A stretch of 34,334 nucleotides of DNA, from assembly GCA_005882525.1 (NCBI GenBank), contig VBGO01000029.1, positions 1 through 34,334 of the forward strand, written 5' to 3'. The position numbers and the translations under genes were made by a program. The notes beneath the pieces are model-generated. The model made no database searches. It saw nothing but the letters and a program-made list of their open reading frames with translations, and was not told where the DNA came from. This document shows positions 18,112-27,577 of this stretch, piece by piece (position 1 is the first letter of the stretch; each line of letters opens with the position of its first letter). The DNA is from Chloroflexota bacterium (lineage in GTDB: Bacteria; Chloroflexota; Dormibacteria; CF-121).

Positions 18112-20715
18112 ATGGAGACCCGGTACGAGCCGAAGAGCGTCGAGCAGCGCTGGTACGACGCCTGGGAGCAGCGCGGCTATTTCAAGGCGCGCGAGAGCCT
18201 GACCGGCAAGACGTTCACGATCTCCATGCCACCGCCCAACATCACCGGCGACCTGCACATGGGCCATGCGATGTACACGCTGCAGGACGTGTTGATCCGG
18301 TGGCACCGGATGCTGGGGGACGCCGCGCTGTGGGTGCCGGGCACGGACCACGCGGCGATCGCGACCCAGAACGTGCTGGAGAAGCAACTGGCGAGGAAAG
18401 GGTCCTCGAAAGAAGCGATCGGCCGGGAGGCCTGGGACCGCCTGGTGCAAACCTGGTACGACAAAACCGGCCACACCATCCTGCAGCAGATGCGCCGCCT
18501 CGGCTTTTCCGCCGATTGGTCGCGGATACGCTTCACCATGGATCCGGCCTACGTGGAGGCGATCCGCTACGTCTTCGTCCAGCTGTGGAAGGAGGGATTG
18601 ATCTACCGTGGTCCGCGGATCGTCAACTGGTGTCCGCGTGACCAGAGCGCGATCTCCGACCTCGAAGTGCAGTACGAGGAAGAGGACGGCCATCTCTACT
18701 ACCTCGACTACCCGGTCGACGGCGGCGGCGTGATTTCGGTCGCGACGGCGCGCCCCGAGACGATGGTGGGCGACAGCGGGGTCGCCGTCCACCCGGACGA
18801 TTGGCGCTATAAGGACCTGATCGGCAAGTTCGTGGTGCTGCCGATCGTCCACCGGCGGGTCCCGATCGTGGCTGACGACGCGGTCGACCAGGAGTTCGGG
18901 ACGGGCGCGGTCAAGGTCACACCCGGGCACGATGCCACCGACTACGAGATCGGCGAGCGGCACCATCTGCCGGTGCTCAGCATCCTTTCGCTGGACGGCC
19001 GGATGGATATCGCGGCGGTCCCGGCACTGCACCGGCTGCCGGTGCCGGCGGCGCGCGAGCGGATCGTCGAGCTGTTGCGGGCGGAAGGCGCCCTGCAGAA
19101 AGTCGAGCCGTACCGCCACTCGGTGGGTCACTGTGACCGCTGCGGCGCCGTGATCGAGCCGATCGTGTCGGCCCAGTGGTGGGTGCGGATGAAACCGCTG
19201 GCCGAGCCGGCCATTGCGGTGGCCGAGAGCGCCGACCTCCGCTTCCACCCGGAGCGGTGGCGCGAGCAGTACCTGCGCTGGATGCGCAACATCCGGGATT
19301 GGAACATCTCGCGGCAGCTCTGGCTCGGGCACCGGATCCCGGTCTGGACCTGTGTCAACGGGCACGCGGTCGCCTACCTCACAGACCCCGAGCAGTGCGA
19401 ACAGTGCGGCAACCGGCAGCTGACGCAGGACCCGGACGTGCTCGATACCTGGTTCTCGTCATCCCTGTGGCCGTTCGTCACGCTCGGGTGGCCGGCGGAC
19501 ACCACGGACCTGCGCCGCTTCTACCCGACCCAGGTGCTCGACACCGCCCGCGACATCCTCTACCTGTGGGTCGCCCGGATGGTGTTCATGAGCCTGCACT
19601 TCCTCAACACCGTGCCCTTTTCCGATGTCTTGATCCACGGCACGGTGCTGGCGCCCGACGGCCGGCGGATGAGCAAGTCCCTCGGCACCGGGGTCGACCC
19701 GCTGGACATGATCGAGCGCTACGGCGCGGACGCGACCCGCGCCTGGTGCGCCTATTTCGGCACCGGCGGCCAGGACATCCGCTTCTCCGAGGAGAAGATC
19801 AAGTCTTACCAGCTCTTCGCGAACAAGCTCTGGAACGCGACCCGGCTCCTCGTCACGAAACTGCCCGCGAGCGCGTCGGTGGCGCCGATCGACGAGGCGA
19901 CCCTGGAGCCGGCGGATACCTGGATCCTGGGTCGGCTGAGCGCGGTCACCCGGCTGGTCAGCGAATCATTCGAGCGTTTCGAATTCGGTCCGGCGATTGA
20001 CGCCCTCTACGAGTTTTCCTGGCACGAGTTTGCCGACGACTACCTGGAGCTCATCAAGCCACGGCTGCCGGCCGCCGACCCCTCGAGGACGACGGCGCTG
20101 GCGGTCGCGGTCCATGTGCTGGAGACAACCCTGCGCCTGCTCCATCCGATCATGCCCTTCGTCACCGAAGAGCTCTGGCAGCGGCTGCCGCACGAGGGCG
20201 AGACCATCATGTACGCGCCCTGGCCTCTCCCCGACGAGACGATTGAGGACCGCCAGCTGATGGACGAGATGGCGCATCTGCTCGAGGTGGTTCGCGCGGT
20301 ACGCAACCTGCGTCACGCGTCGGATCCCAGGGCGCGCCGGCAGCCGGCTGAGGTGACCTCCCCGCGGCGCCTGCTGTCTGAGCCGGTCGGACGCAGTTAC
20401 CTGGCCACCCTGGCGCAGCTCGAGCTCAATGGCAAACTGCCCGACGGGATGCCCCAGTCGGTGGTGGTGGTGGGCCAGACGACGGTGCGGCTCGGCATCC
20501 TCGCGAACGGGACAGCCGACACCCCGCGGCTTCGGGGCGAGCTGCAAAAGAAACGGCAGGAGATCGAGGTCATCGAGGGAAAGCTAAAGAACGCCGACTT
20601 CACCCAAAAGGCCCCCGCCGCCGTCGTCGAGCGTGAGCGGGCCCGGCTCGTCCAGGCCCGCCAGGCCGCCGACCGGTTGCGGGCGCTATTGGGCGAAACC
20701 GGCGAAGTAGGGTAA
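18112..20715 (+). CDS. valS: Valine--tRNA ligase (alternative start GTG 18103)
   Basis: PPPNITGDLHMGHA (HIGH), PGTDHAAIATQ, TARPET, GTGAVKVTPGHD, DWNISRQLWLGHRIP, DVLDTWFSS, RMSKS, C-terminal coiled-coil arm (FTQKAP). Confidence 0.97.
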   Translation: METRYEPKSVEQRWYDAWEQRGYFKARESLTGKTFTISMPPPNITGDLHMGHAMYTLQDVLIRWHRMLGDAALWVPGTDHAAIATQNVLEKQLARKGSSKEAIGREAWDRLVQTWYDKTGHTILQQMRRLGFSADWSRIRFTMDPAYVEAIRYVFVQLWKEGLIYRGPRIVNWCPRDQSAISDLEVQYEEEDGHLYYLDYPVDGGGVISVATARPETMVGDSGVAVHPDDWRYKDLIGKFVVLPIVHRRVPIVADDAVDQEFGTGAVKVTPGHDATDYEIGERHHLPVLSILSLDGRMDIAAVPALHRLPVPAARERIVELLRAEGALQKVEPYRHSVGHCDRCGAVIEPIVSAQWWVRMKPLAEPAIAVAESADLRFHPERWREQYLRWMRNIRDWNISRQLWLGHRIPVWTCVNGHAVAYLTDPEQCEQCGNRQLTQDPDVLDTWFSSSLWPFVTLGWPADTTDLRRFYPTQVLDTARDILYLWVARMVFMSLHFLNTVPFSDVLIHGTVLAPDGRRMSKSLGTGVDPLDMIERYGADATRAWCAYFGTGGQDIRFSEEKIKSYQLFANKLWNATRLLVTKLPASASVAPIDEATLEPADTWILGRLSAVTRLVSESFERFEFGPAIDALYEFSWHEFADDYLELIKPRLPAADPSRTTALAVAVHVLETTLRLLHPIMPFVTEELWQRLPHEGETIMYAPWPLPDETIEDRQLMDEMAHLLEVVRAVRNLRHASDPRARRQPAEVTSPRRLLSEPVGRSYLATLAQLELNGKLPDGMPQSVVVVGQTTVRLGILANGTADTPRLRGELQKKRQEIEVIEGKLKNADFTQKAPAAVVERERARLVQARQAADRLRALLGETGEVG

Positions 20716-20752
20716 GGTAGCGGAAACAAAATTCTGTGATTGAGGAGGCATC

Positions 20753-21220
20753 TTGCCGAATCTCTCGTCGTTAAAGCCACTGCTCTTCATCGTCATCTTT
20801 TACCTGCTGGCGTTCTGGCTCAGCCTCTCCTACTGGGCCTTCCGCGATGCACGTGAGCGCTCCAACAGCGTGCTCTTTCACGTCTTCGCCACCGGGCTCT
20901 CCCTGGTGTTGCCGATCTTCGGCCTCTTCATCTACATGATCATCCGGCCACCCCTGACAATGGCGGAGCGCCGCGCGCTCGAGCTCGAGACGCAGGCGCT
21001 GGCCGAACCGGGCGGCCCGGCGCGCGAACTGCGGCCCTGCCCCAGCTGTGGCGAGCCGATCGACTCCCAGTACGTGCTCTGCCCGCACTGCAAGACGCAG
21101 TTCAGTAAACTCTGCCCACGGTGCAACAAGCAGCTCAAGCTGGGATGGACTGTCTGCCCCTACTGCGCCGAAGAAGTCCCTCTTCAGGGTTCGGTACCGA
21201 CGCCGCGGATCGCGCGTTAG
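20753..21220 (+). CDS. Membrane-anchored double zinc-ribbon protein
   Basis: Two N-terminal TM helices (WAFRDARER, LPIFGLFIYMIIRPP), four CxxC pairs (CPSC, CPHC, CPRC, CPYC), strong SD GAGGAGG before TTG. Confidence 0.85.
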   Translation: MPNLSSLKPLLFIVIFYLLAFWLSLSYWAFRDARERSNSVLFHVFATGLSLVLPIFGLFIYMIIRPPLTMAERRALELETQALAEPGGPARELRPCPSCGEPIDSQYVLCPHCKTQFSKLCPRCNKQLKLGWTVCPYCAEEVPLQGSVPTPRIAR

Positions 21221-21262
21221 CGCGCTCGCCCGGCGGCTCGTTGACCTGCTAACCCCCTAGCT

Positions 21263-22822
21263 ATGCCGCTCGCGCTGCAGGCGCTGCTCCCGTTCATCGC
21301 CCTGCTGGGAGCGGCCGCCGTGGTGCAGCGCCGCCCGCGACGGCGGGTGAACGGCTGGATCGCGTCCGGGGCTACCGGGATTGCCGGGGTAATCGCGCTC
21401 ATCGAGCTGCTCCGGCTGTCGCCGGGCGAGCACGTCGACGTCCCCTACCTGACCACCTTTCCCTACGCCGATCTCGCGATCCGGCTCGACGGGCTGTCGC
21501 TGGCCTTCGCGAGCGTCACCTTGATCACGGCCGCCTTGCTGATGCTCAGCCGGCAGCAGGTGCGCGGCGACCGTCGCGACCCCTGGTTCTCGTGGCTGTT
21601 GACCAGCGCCGCCGCCTGCGCGGTGATCTTCGCGCACAACCTGCTCCTGGTTTACGTCGCCCTGCAACTGCTGACGCTGGCCTGGAGCGGCGCGCTCGAT
21701 GAGACGGCACCCCGCCGCCGCGGGCTTCGGCTCAGCGTCCAGATCGCCGACATCGGGCTGCTGCTGGCGGCCGCCAGCGCGATCCAATCGGTCGGAACCA
21801 GCGCCTTTTCCGGCGTCCCCTCCGACACGTTCGGCCTCCCCACCTTCCTGCTCGTGCTGCTGCCGGTGGTGGTGCGGATCGGGGCGCTGGCGCTGGCCCC
21901 CCCTGTGCCGCAGGCTCCGCTGGCGTTCGAGCCGGCAATCGCCTGGGTCGCGCCCGCCGGCTACCTGTTGATGCGGCTGCTGGCGCTGATGGGCGGCCGG
22001 CTCCCCGACCGCGCGACGGCGGTCGGGCTGTTCGCCGGTGGCACGCTGCTGGCGCTGGGCTTCGCGGCGCTCGCGCTGTTCGAGCGGGCGGGGCCGCGAA
22101 TGGCCGCGTTGTTGCTGGTCGCGCAGGCGGCGCTGGCGTTCGCGCTATCGGCCGGGAGCGATCCGCTGCTGACGGTCGCCTGCATCTGGCTCTGGCTTTT
22201 CCTGGTCCCGCTCGCCGGCCTGGCCAACGTCCGGCTTCCGGCGGGATCGGCGGCCGAGGGGCTGCTGCTGCTGAACCTCGCCATGATCCCCGGCAGCCTC
22301 GCCTTTATCGGCCTCTGGCTGGGAGGCCTCGCACTGAGCAGCCGCGGACTCCTCGTCGGGATGGTCCCGGTGGGGCTCGCGGTCGTCCTGGCCGGGATCG
22401 CGGCGCTCAGCCGCGCGGTCCGGCCCCGATCGGCCCGGCCGGATATCGGGACCGCCTGGGCCGCCGCTCTGCTGCTGATCGCGGCCGTTCCGATGCTGGT
22501 GATCGGCCCCCTGGTGCTGCCGGCTGCTGCGACCGTCCGGCTGGTCCCCGGCGGCAGCATCTCCGCCAGTCCCTTTGGGATCGTCACCGCAGCCGGCGCC
22601 TGGCCCTCGCTGATCGTGTCGCTGGTGGTGGCGCTGCTTGTCTACGTGGCCGGATGGTGGTGGCGTCTCAAGCTGCCGGTGTGGCCAGCGGCGCGCCGGC
22701 CCGGGTTTGCGATTCCACGGCTGGCGGTCCCGTGGCCGTTGCGGGCGGCGCCGCCATGGACCCGATTCGTGGTCTGGGGTGCCTTCGTGGCCCTGATCGG
22801 CATGGTGTTGACGCGGCCATGA
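21263..22822 (+). CDS. Polytopic membrane protein resembling a degenerate NuoL/MrpA-type proton-conducting (antiporter-like) subunit
   Basis: IRLDGLSLAF, AHNLLLVYVALQLL, IADIGLLLA, AGYLLMRL and LAMIPGSLAF occur in the same order as NuoL/MrpA motifs (LD.LS, A.NLL.L...WE, IGD.GLL, AG.YL..R, LAG.P...GF). By-eye alignment. Confidence 0.6.
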   Translation: MPLALQALLPFIALLGAAAVVQRRPRRRVNGWIASGATGIAGVIALIELLRLSPGEHVDVPYLTTFPYADLAIRLDGLSLAFASVTLITAALLMLSRQQVRGDRRDPWFSWLLTSAAACAVIFAHNLLLVYVALQLLTLAWSGALDETAPRRRGLRLSVQIADIGLLLAAASAIQSVGTSAFSGVPSDTFGLPTFLLVLLPVVVRIGALALAPPVPQAPLAFEPAIAWVAPAGYLLMRLLALMGGRLPDRATAVGLFAGGTLLALGFAALALFERAGPRMAALLLVAQAALAFALSAGSDPLLTVACIWLWLFLVPLAGLANVRLPAGSAAEGLLLLNLAMIPGSLAFIGLWLGGLALSSRGLLVGMVPVGLAVVLAGIAALSRAVRPRSARPDIGTAWAAALLLIAAVPMLVIGPLVLPAAATVRLVPGGSISASPFGIVTAAGAWPSLIVSLVVALLVYVAGWWWRLKLPVWPAARRPGFAIPRLAVPWPLRAAPPWTRFVVWGAFVALIGMVLTRP

Positions 22823-24387
22823 TCATCTACCTGCCGGCGGTGCTGTCGGCCCTCAGCCTGCTGGTCGCCTACGGCAGCGCCGGGCGGCGCCGCCAGGCCG
22901 CCACCATCGGGGCCATCATCGCGACCGGCTGGTCGCTGGTCGTGCTGGTGGACGTGAATTCTGGAAGCTGGGCGATTGGACCGATCGTCGCCACCCTCCT
23001 GCTGCCCCGTCCGGGCCAGCGCGTCAACTCCAGCTTCGAGGGACTGACCAGACGGGTGATCACCATCGCGGCCGCGCTGGTCGCCGCCATCTTCCTCGCG
23101 TCGCGCCTGCCGGTGGGCGAGAATCCGGTCCTGCTGAGCGCGGTGCCCTGGTTCCTGGGCGCGCTGGGCGCCGCCTGGTTCGCCAGCCCGGTCGATCAAC
23201 CGGAACGGCTCCAGGGCCAGGTGCTGATGGTCGCGGCGGCCGCGGCCGTGATCCTCACCGCCGTCCCCGCCGGCCCGGTGACGGCCGGACTTGCAGGCGC
23301 CATGGCGCTGATGCCGGTGGCGGGCGAAGGCTGGCGTCTGCCCGGCCGGTTCCGCTCCCCAGTCAGCCTGCTGCTGCTCGGGCTTGCTGCGCTGGTGGCG
23401 TTGCTCGCGCTGGTCGGACTGCCCATCGCCCGCATTTTCCTGTTCGACCTGTCGCTCAACAGCAGTGGGATCGTCCTGCTCGCCATCGCCGTTCTGCTGG
23501 TGGCCGGCATCGCGGTGACGCCCATGGGCTCCGAGTGGGCAGCGCTACTCGGTGTCCTGGCGGTGAGCGCCACGGCGCCCAGCCTCCGCTGGGCGGCGCT
23601 TGGTGCGCTGATCGCGGTGGCGACCGTGCTGGCGAAAGCTGGCGAACGATTCGCCTGGACCGGGTTCGGGGTGCTGGCCATCACGCCGGTGCTTCAGTCG
23701 CTGGCGACGCCGGCCTGGAGCGCGCGGGTGCAGGCGGCGGCGCTCGCGGTGGGGCTGGTGCTGATGTTGGTGGCGGCCCGGCCGGGCATGCTCCGCGTGC
23801 TCGTCCTCCCCGCCACCGGCTTTCTCATCATGCTGGCCGTAGAGACGGTGACCCCGGCCAACCTGGTGCGGTTCGAGTGGATCGCGGCGGCCGGCGCGGT
23901 GTTGCTGCCGGCGCGCACGCTGTTGAACCGGCTCCTGGGCGACCCCGGCCGGCCCGCCATCGTCCGCGACCAGCTGCTCCTCGGCCTGCTCCTGCTGGGG
24001 ATCAGCGCGCATGACCCCCTCGGCCTCGGCGAGCTGGCCGCGGTGCTGTTGCTCGTCGACCTGGCGCTGGTGCGGATCAGTGACCCGTCGCTGGCGCGAT
24101 CGGGATGGGCCGGCCGGGTGGTGCTGCTGGCCCGCTCGAACTGGCCGCCGGCGGTGACGTTCGCCGGCGCGGCCTTCGCCGTTATCGCCGCGCTGCAGGC
24201 CAGCCTGCCGCTCGGATTGTTGGCGGCGCTCCTGCTCGCCGGGCTCCAGCTCGCGCCGCTGCTCGATCGTCACGCGCTGGCGCCGTCACCGGAGCGACCT
24301 CGCTCGGCGCTCGGATGGATCGGTCCGGCGCTCTCGATCGCCTGCGGCATGGCGCCGGCCCTGCTGCTGCGCATGCTGCGGCTCTGA
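22819..24387 (+). CDS. Very hydrophobic polytopic membrane protein, C-terminal part weakly NuoM/NuoN/MrpD-like
   Basis: ATGA overlap with the previous gene. Many TM segments; LARSNWPPAVTFAG and terminal ACGMAPALLL resemble L.LAG.PP..GF and G..P..LL of antiporter-like subunits. Confidence 0.6.
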   Translation: MIIYLPAVLSALSLLVAYGSAGRRRQAATIGAIIATGWSLVVLVDVNSGSWAIGPIVATLLLPRPGQRVNSSFEGLTRRVITIAAALVAAIFLASRLPVGENPVLLSAVPWFLGALGAAWFASPVDQPERLQGQVLMVAAAAAVILTAVPAGPVTAGLAGAMALMPVAGEGWRLPGRFRSPVSLLLLGLAALVALLALVGLPIARIFLFDLSLNSSGIVLLAIAVLLVAGIAVTPMGSEWAALLGVLAVSATAPSLRWAALGALIAVATVLAKAGERFAWTGFGVLAITPVLQSLATPAWSARVQAAALAVGLVLMLVAARPGMLRVLVLPATGFLIMLAVETVTPANLVRFEWIAAAGAVLLPARTLLNRLLGDPGRPAIVRDQLLLGLLLLGISAHDPLGLGELAAVLLLVDLALVRISDPSLARSGWAGRVVLLARSNWPPAVTFAGAAFAVIAALQASLPLGLLAALLLAGLQLAPLLDRHALAPSPERPRSALGWIGPALSIACGMAPALLLRMLRL

Positions 24388-24391
24388 TCGC

Positions 24392-25072
24392 GTGGAAGGA
24401 ACGGTTCCGCCCATCGTTCTGGCGTCGACCTCGCCGCGTCGGATCGAGATCCTGAGGCGATCGGGGCTTGCGTTTCGCGCCGTGGCGCCGGGGATCGATG
24501 AGCGGCCGCCGATGCCGCTCGGACCGCTACGCTTCGTCGCCTGGGCGGCCGCCGCGAAAGCCGGCGCCGTGGCGAGGCGGGCCCCCGGAGCGCTGGTCGT
24601 CGCCGCCGACACGGAGGTGGTGCGCCGTGGCCGCATCTATGGCAAGCCAGCCGACCCGGGCCAGGCGGCCGCGTTCCTGCGCTCGCTGTCGGGTCAGACC
24701 CACCAGGTCTACACCGCGGTGCATGTCATCGACGGTCGCTCGGGGCGGGAGGCACACGGCATCTCCCGAACCGATGTCACGATCCGTGAACTTTCGGCGC
24801 GTGTGATCGAGGCCTACGTGCGCACCGGTGAGGCGCAGGATAAGGCCGGTGCCTACGCTATACAGGGCGAGGGCCGCCGGCTGGTCAAATCGATCCGCGG
24901 GCCCTACGACAACGTCGTTGGGATGCCGATGCGCCTGCTGACCCGTTTGCTGGGCGAATGCGGGATCTCAATTCCGGCGAAGAATCCGGATGAGTCCAAA
25001 GATACGCAGAACCGTCTCAGGCGCTCGCCCGGCCGGACAGCGCGACTCGCGCCGGGGCGCAGGCCGGTCTAG
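24392..25072 (+). CDS. maf: Maf family nucleoside triphosphate pyrophosphatase (YhdE-like)
   Basis: IVLASTSPRR, AADTEV, YGKP, LSGQTHQVYT, DKAGAYAIQG, NVVGMP. Confidence 0.93.
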   Translation: MEGTVPPIVLASTSPRRIEILRRSGLAFRAVAPGIDERPPMPLGPLRFVAWAAAAKAGAVARRAPGALVVAADTEVVRRGRIYGKPADPGQAAAFLRSLSGQTHQVYTAVHVIDGRSGREAHGISRTDVTIRELSARVIEAYVRTGEAQDKAGAYAIQGEGRRLVKSIRGPYDNVVGMPMRLLTRLLGECGISIPAKNPDESKDTQNRLRRSPGRTARLAPGRRPV

Positions 25073-26378
25073 CCTTCTCCTGCTGGTGCTGTTCGCGCCG
25101 CTGGCACTGAGTGCCTGCGGTCCGAGCGCCGGCTCGCGGTTGGTCATCACCCAGAGCACCGATGCCCCGAGCGGCGCCGACCACAAGGGGCATCTCTCAC
25201 CGGGGGCCTTCACCGGGATCACCCTCTCGATCCGCAACACCGGCGCCGGTCCGGCGCGCGGGGTGACCGTCGAAGATATTCTGCCCGCGGGTTTCCATTA
25301 CTACGAGTTGACGACCCTGGGAGGCAACGCCATCCGCACGGCGACCAGCGAACCGGCCGCACAAGGCAACCCCTCGTGGGGGACCTGGACCATCCCGGCG
25401 GAGAACGGCAACACCGTGAGCGCCCTGGTCATCAGCTTCAAGGTGCAGGTGGCGCTCAACCCCGGTGATTACAAGAACCAGGTCAAGCTGACCACCTCGA
25501 CGGTCACGGAGATCGACCCGGGTGACCCGGTCGCGCTCGTCATCGAGCCACGACCGTCACTCACCCTGACGGCCGCCGCGGCGACCGGGCAGGTGACGAC
25601 CGGTAGCCTGGCCACCTACATCATCTCGGTCGCCAACGTTGGCTCGGCGGTGGCCAAGGGCGTGGCGGTCTCGGTGAGCCTGGCGCCGGGCTTCCTCTAT
25701 AGCGCCACGACCGGCTATGAGGGCAACAGCATCCGGGTGACCGCGGTCGACCCGCCCGCGAGCAGTCTCCTTCCGCTCTGGTCGTCGTGGGATATCCCAG
25801 GGGCGAGCAACGGGGCGCCCGGGTTGCTGCGGCTCACCTTTCAGGCCCGGATCCTGGCGGGCGTCGTGCCCGGGCTATACAACCTGACGGCCGCGGTGAC
25901 CAGCACCAGAGACGTCCCCGCCCAGACGATCGGGAACACGGCGCCGGTGGCGGTCGGCAAAGGCAGCCGGGTCCCGATCACGATGACGGTCGCCCCCACC
26001 GCGCCCTACGCGGCCCAGAACGGCACCGTCACCTACGTGATCGTGGTGGAGAACGCCGCCACCGACGCGGCGCAGGCGGTCACCGTCACCGACACGCTGC
26101 CGCAGGGCTTTGCCTACCAGTCGACCAACAGCATCGTGATCAACGGAAAGAATGCGGGTTCGCGCCTGCAGCCCTCCGCCGGCTCGGCGACTCCGCAGTG
26201 GGGACCGTTCGTCGTCCCCGCGGGCGGCTTCAATGGGGCAACGCTGGTGATCACCTTCACGGCCACGATCAACGGCGCCGCACTGGGGCCGCACCCGAAC
26301 GTGGTCTCGGGCAACAGCAGCAACGCGCAGATCACCGGCGGGTCGGACCAATCGCCCGTCATCGTGACGGCGGGCTAG
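24990..26378 (+). CDS. Lipoprotein with three DUF11-like (Ig-fold) repeats
   Basis: Lipobox LSAC. Three repeats of (Y)xIxVxNxG...AxxVxVxDxLPxGFxY followed by PxW..(W/F).(I/V)P...NG...L..(T/S)F. Start uncertain because it overlaps maf. Confidence 0.8.
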   Translation: MSPKIRRTVSGARPAGQRDSRRGAGRSSLLLLVLFAPLALSACGPSAGSRLVITQSTDAPSGADHKGHLSPGAFTGITLSIRNTGAGPARGVTVEDILPAGFHYYELTTLGGNAIRTATSEPAAQGNPSWGTWTIPAENGNTVSALVISFKVQVALNPGDYKNQVKLTTSTVTEIDPGDPVALVIEPRPSLTLTAAAATGQVTTGSLATYIISVANVGSAVAKGVAVSVSLAPGFLYSATTGYEGNSIRVTAVDPPASSLLPLWSSWDIPGASNGAPGLLRLTFQARILAGVVPGLYNLTAAVTSTRDVPAQTIGNTAPVAVGKGSRVPITMTVAPTAPYAAQNGTVTYVIVVENAATDAAQAVTVTDTLPQGFAYQSTNSIVINGKNAGSRLQPSAGSATPQWGPFVVPAGGFNGATLVITFTATINGAALGPHPNVVSGNSSNAQITGGSDQSPVIVTAG

Positions 26379-26431
26379 CGCCGCCTCACCGCGGGTTTTA
26401 CCGGCGAGCGCATTTGGGAGAATGAGGACCG

Positions 26432-27097
26432 GTGTCGAGAACTCAACGGGAAATGAAGGCGATGCGGCAGCAACAGCGGGAGCAGGCCGCGGCCCGGCAG
26501 CGCGCCCGGGATCGCCGCAACCTGTTCATCATCGGCGGGGTCCTGCTCGCCGCGGCCGCCGCGATCTTCGTGGTCGCGGTCGCCCTCAATCACCAGGCCC
26601 AGCAAGTGAACGCCAGCCGGCTCACCTTCCAGCCCGTCAGCACGCTGGTGGGGCAGGAGGTCGCCGATGAGGGCACGCCGTCGCACATCGACCCGTCGAC
26701 CGCCTGGACCTACAAGTTCTACCCGCCCACCTCGGGCCCGCACTACTCGGTCGCGGGCAGCGCCCCCGTACCCTGGAAAACCATCGACACCCTGGTCGAG
26801 GGCCAGTTCGTGCACAACCTCGAGCACGGTGGGATCGCCATCCTCTACGACTGCCCGAGTGGCACCGAGTGCACGACCTTGAAGAACCAGCTTTCGGACT
26901 ACATCAACAAGCTGGCGCCGCTGGATCCCACCTACCGCGAGGTCAAGATCGTGATGACGCCTTATAGCCGGGGCATGACCAAGAAGGTCGCCCTGGTGGC
27001 CTGGCATTACGTGCAGTTTCTGGACGGCTATGACCAGAACGCGATCACCCAGTTCTACGAGTCGCACGTCAACAAGGGCCCCGAGTCAGTCCCGTGA
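26432..27097 (+). CDS. DUF3105 domain membrane-anchored protein
   Basis: Basic N-terminus plus one TM helix; PPTSGPH, VHNLEHGGI..Y.C and ALVAW motifs typical of DUF3105. Confidence 0.85.
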   Translation: MSRTQREMKAMRQQQREQAAARQRARDRRNLFIIGGVLLAAAAAIFVVAVALNHQAQQVNASRLTFQPVSTLVGQEVADEGTPSHIDPSTAWTYKFYPPTSGPHYSVAGSAPVPWKTIDTLVEGQFVHNLEHGGIAILYDCPSGTECTTLKNQLSDYINKLAPLDPTYREVKIVMTPYSRGMTKKVALVAWHYVQFLDGYDQNAITQFYESHVNKGPESVP

Positions 27098-27132
27098 TAG
27101 ACTACGAAATCGCGCCCGGGGGCGCTTTCTCC

Positions 27133-27570
27133 ATGTTTGCCATCGTTGCTACCAGCGGAAAGCAGTTTCGAGTGTCGGAAGGTGATCGAATCGTGGTTGA
27201 TCGCGTCTCCGCCAACGTCGGCGACACCGTGCGCCTCGATTCCGTGCTGATGGTGGGCGGCGATGGCGGGCCGATGGTGGGCACACCGTTTGTATCGGGT
27301 GCGGCGGTCGAGGCGACCGTGGTCTCGCACCGGTCGGGCGACAAGATCATCGTCTTCAAGTTCGAGGCCCGCAAGCGCCACCGGCGCAAGACGGGGCATC
27401 GGCAGCAGCTCTCGGAGCTGCGGATCGGCGCCATTCGCGCGCCCGAGGGCAACACCGGCGACCGGCCGGCAGCCAGCCAGCGGCCCGCCCCGGCCGAGCG
27501 GCCGTCGAGCGCACGTCCCGCGACCCGGGCCCGCAAGGCCGGCACCCCCGCAAAGACCACGCAGGAGTAA
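27133..27570 (+). CDS. rplU: 50S ribosomal protein L21 with a C-terminal extension
   Basis: [30 protein letters not shown]. Upstream of rpmA. Confidence 0.95.
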   Translation: MFAIVATSGKQFRVSEGDRIVVDRVSANVGDTVRLDSVLMVGGDGGPMVGTPFVSGAAVEATVVSHRSGDKIIVFKFEARKRHRRKTGHRQQLSELRIGAIRAPEGNTGDRPAASQRPAPAERPSSARPATRARKAGTPAKTTQE

Positions 27571-27577
27571 CAACACA

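Noticed and set aside
19660-19685. RMSKS instead of KMSKS in ValRS
   Set aside because: Conservative substitution at the first position. The catalytically important second Lys is retained.
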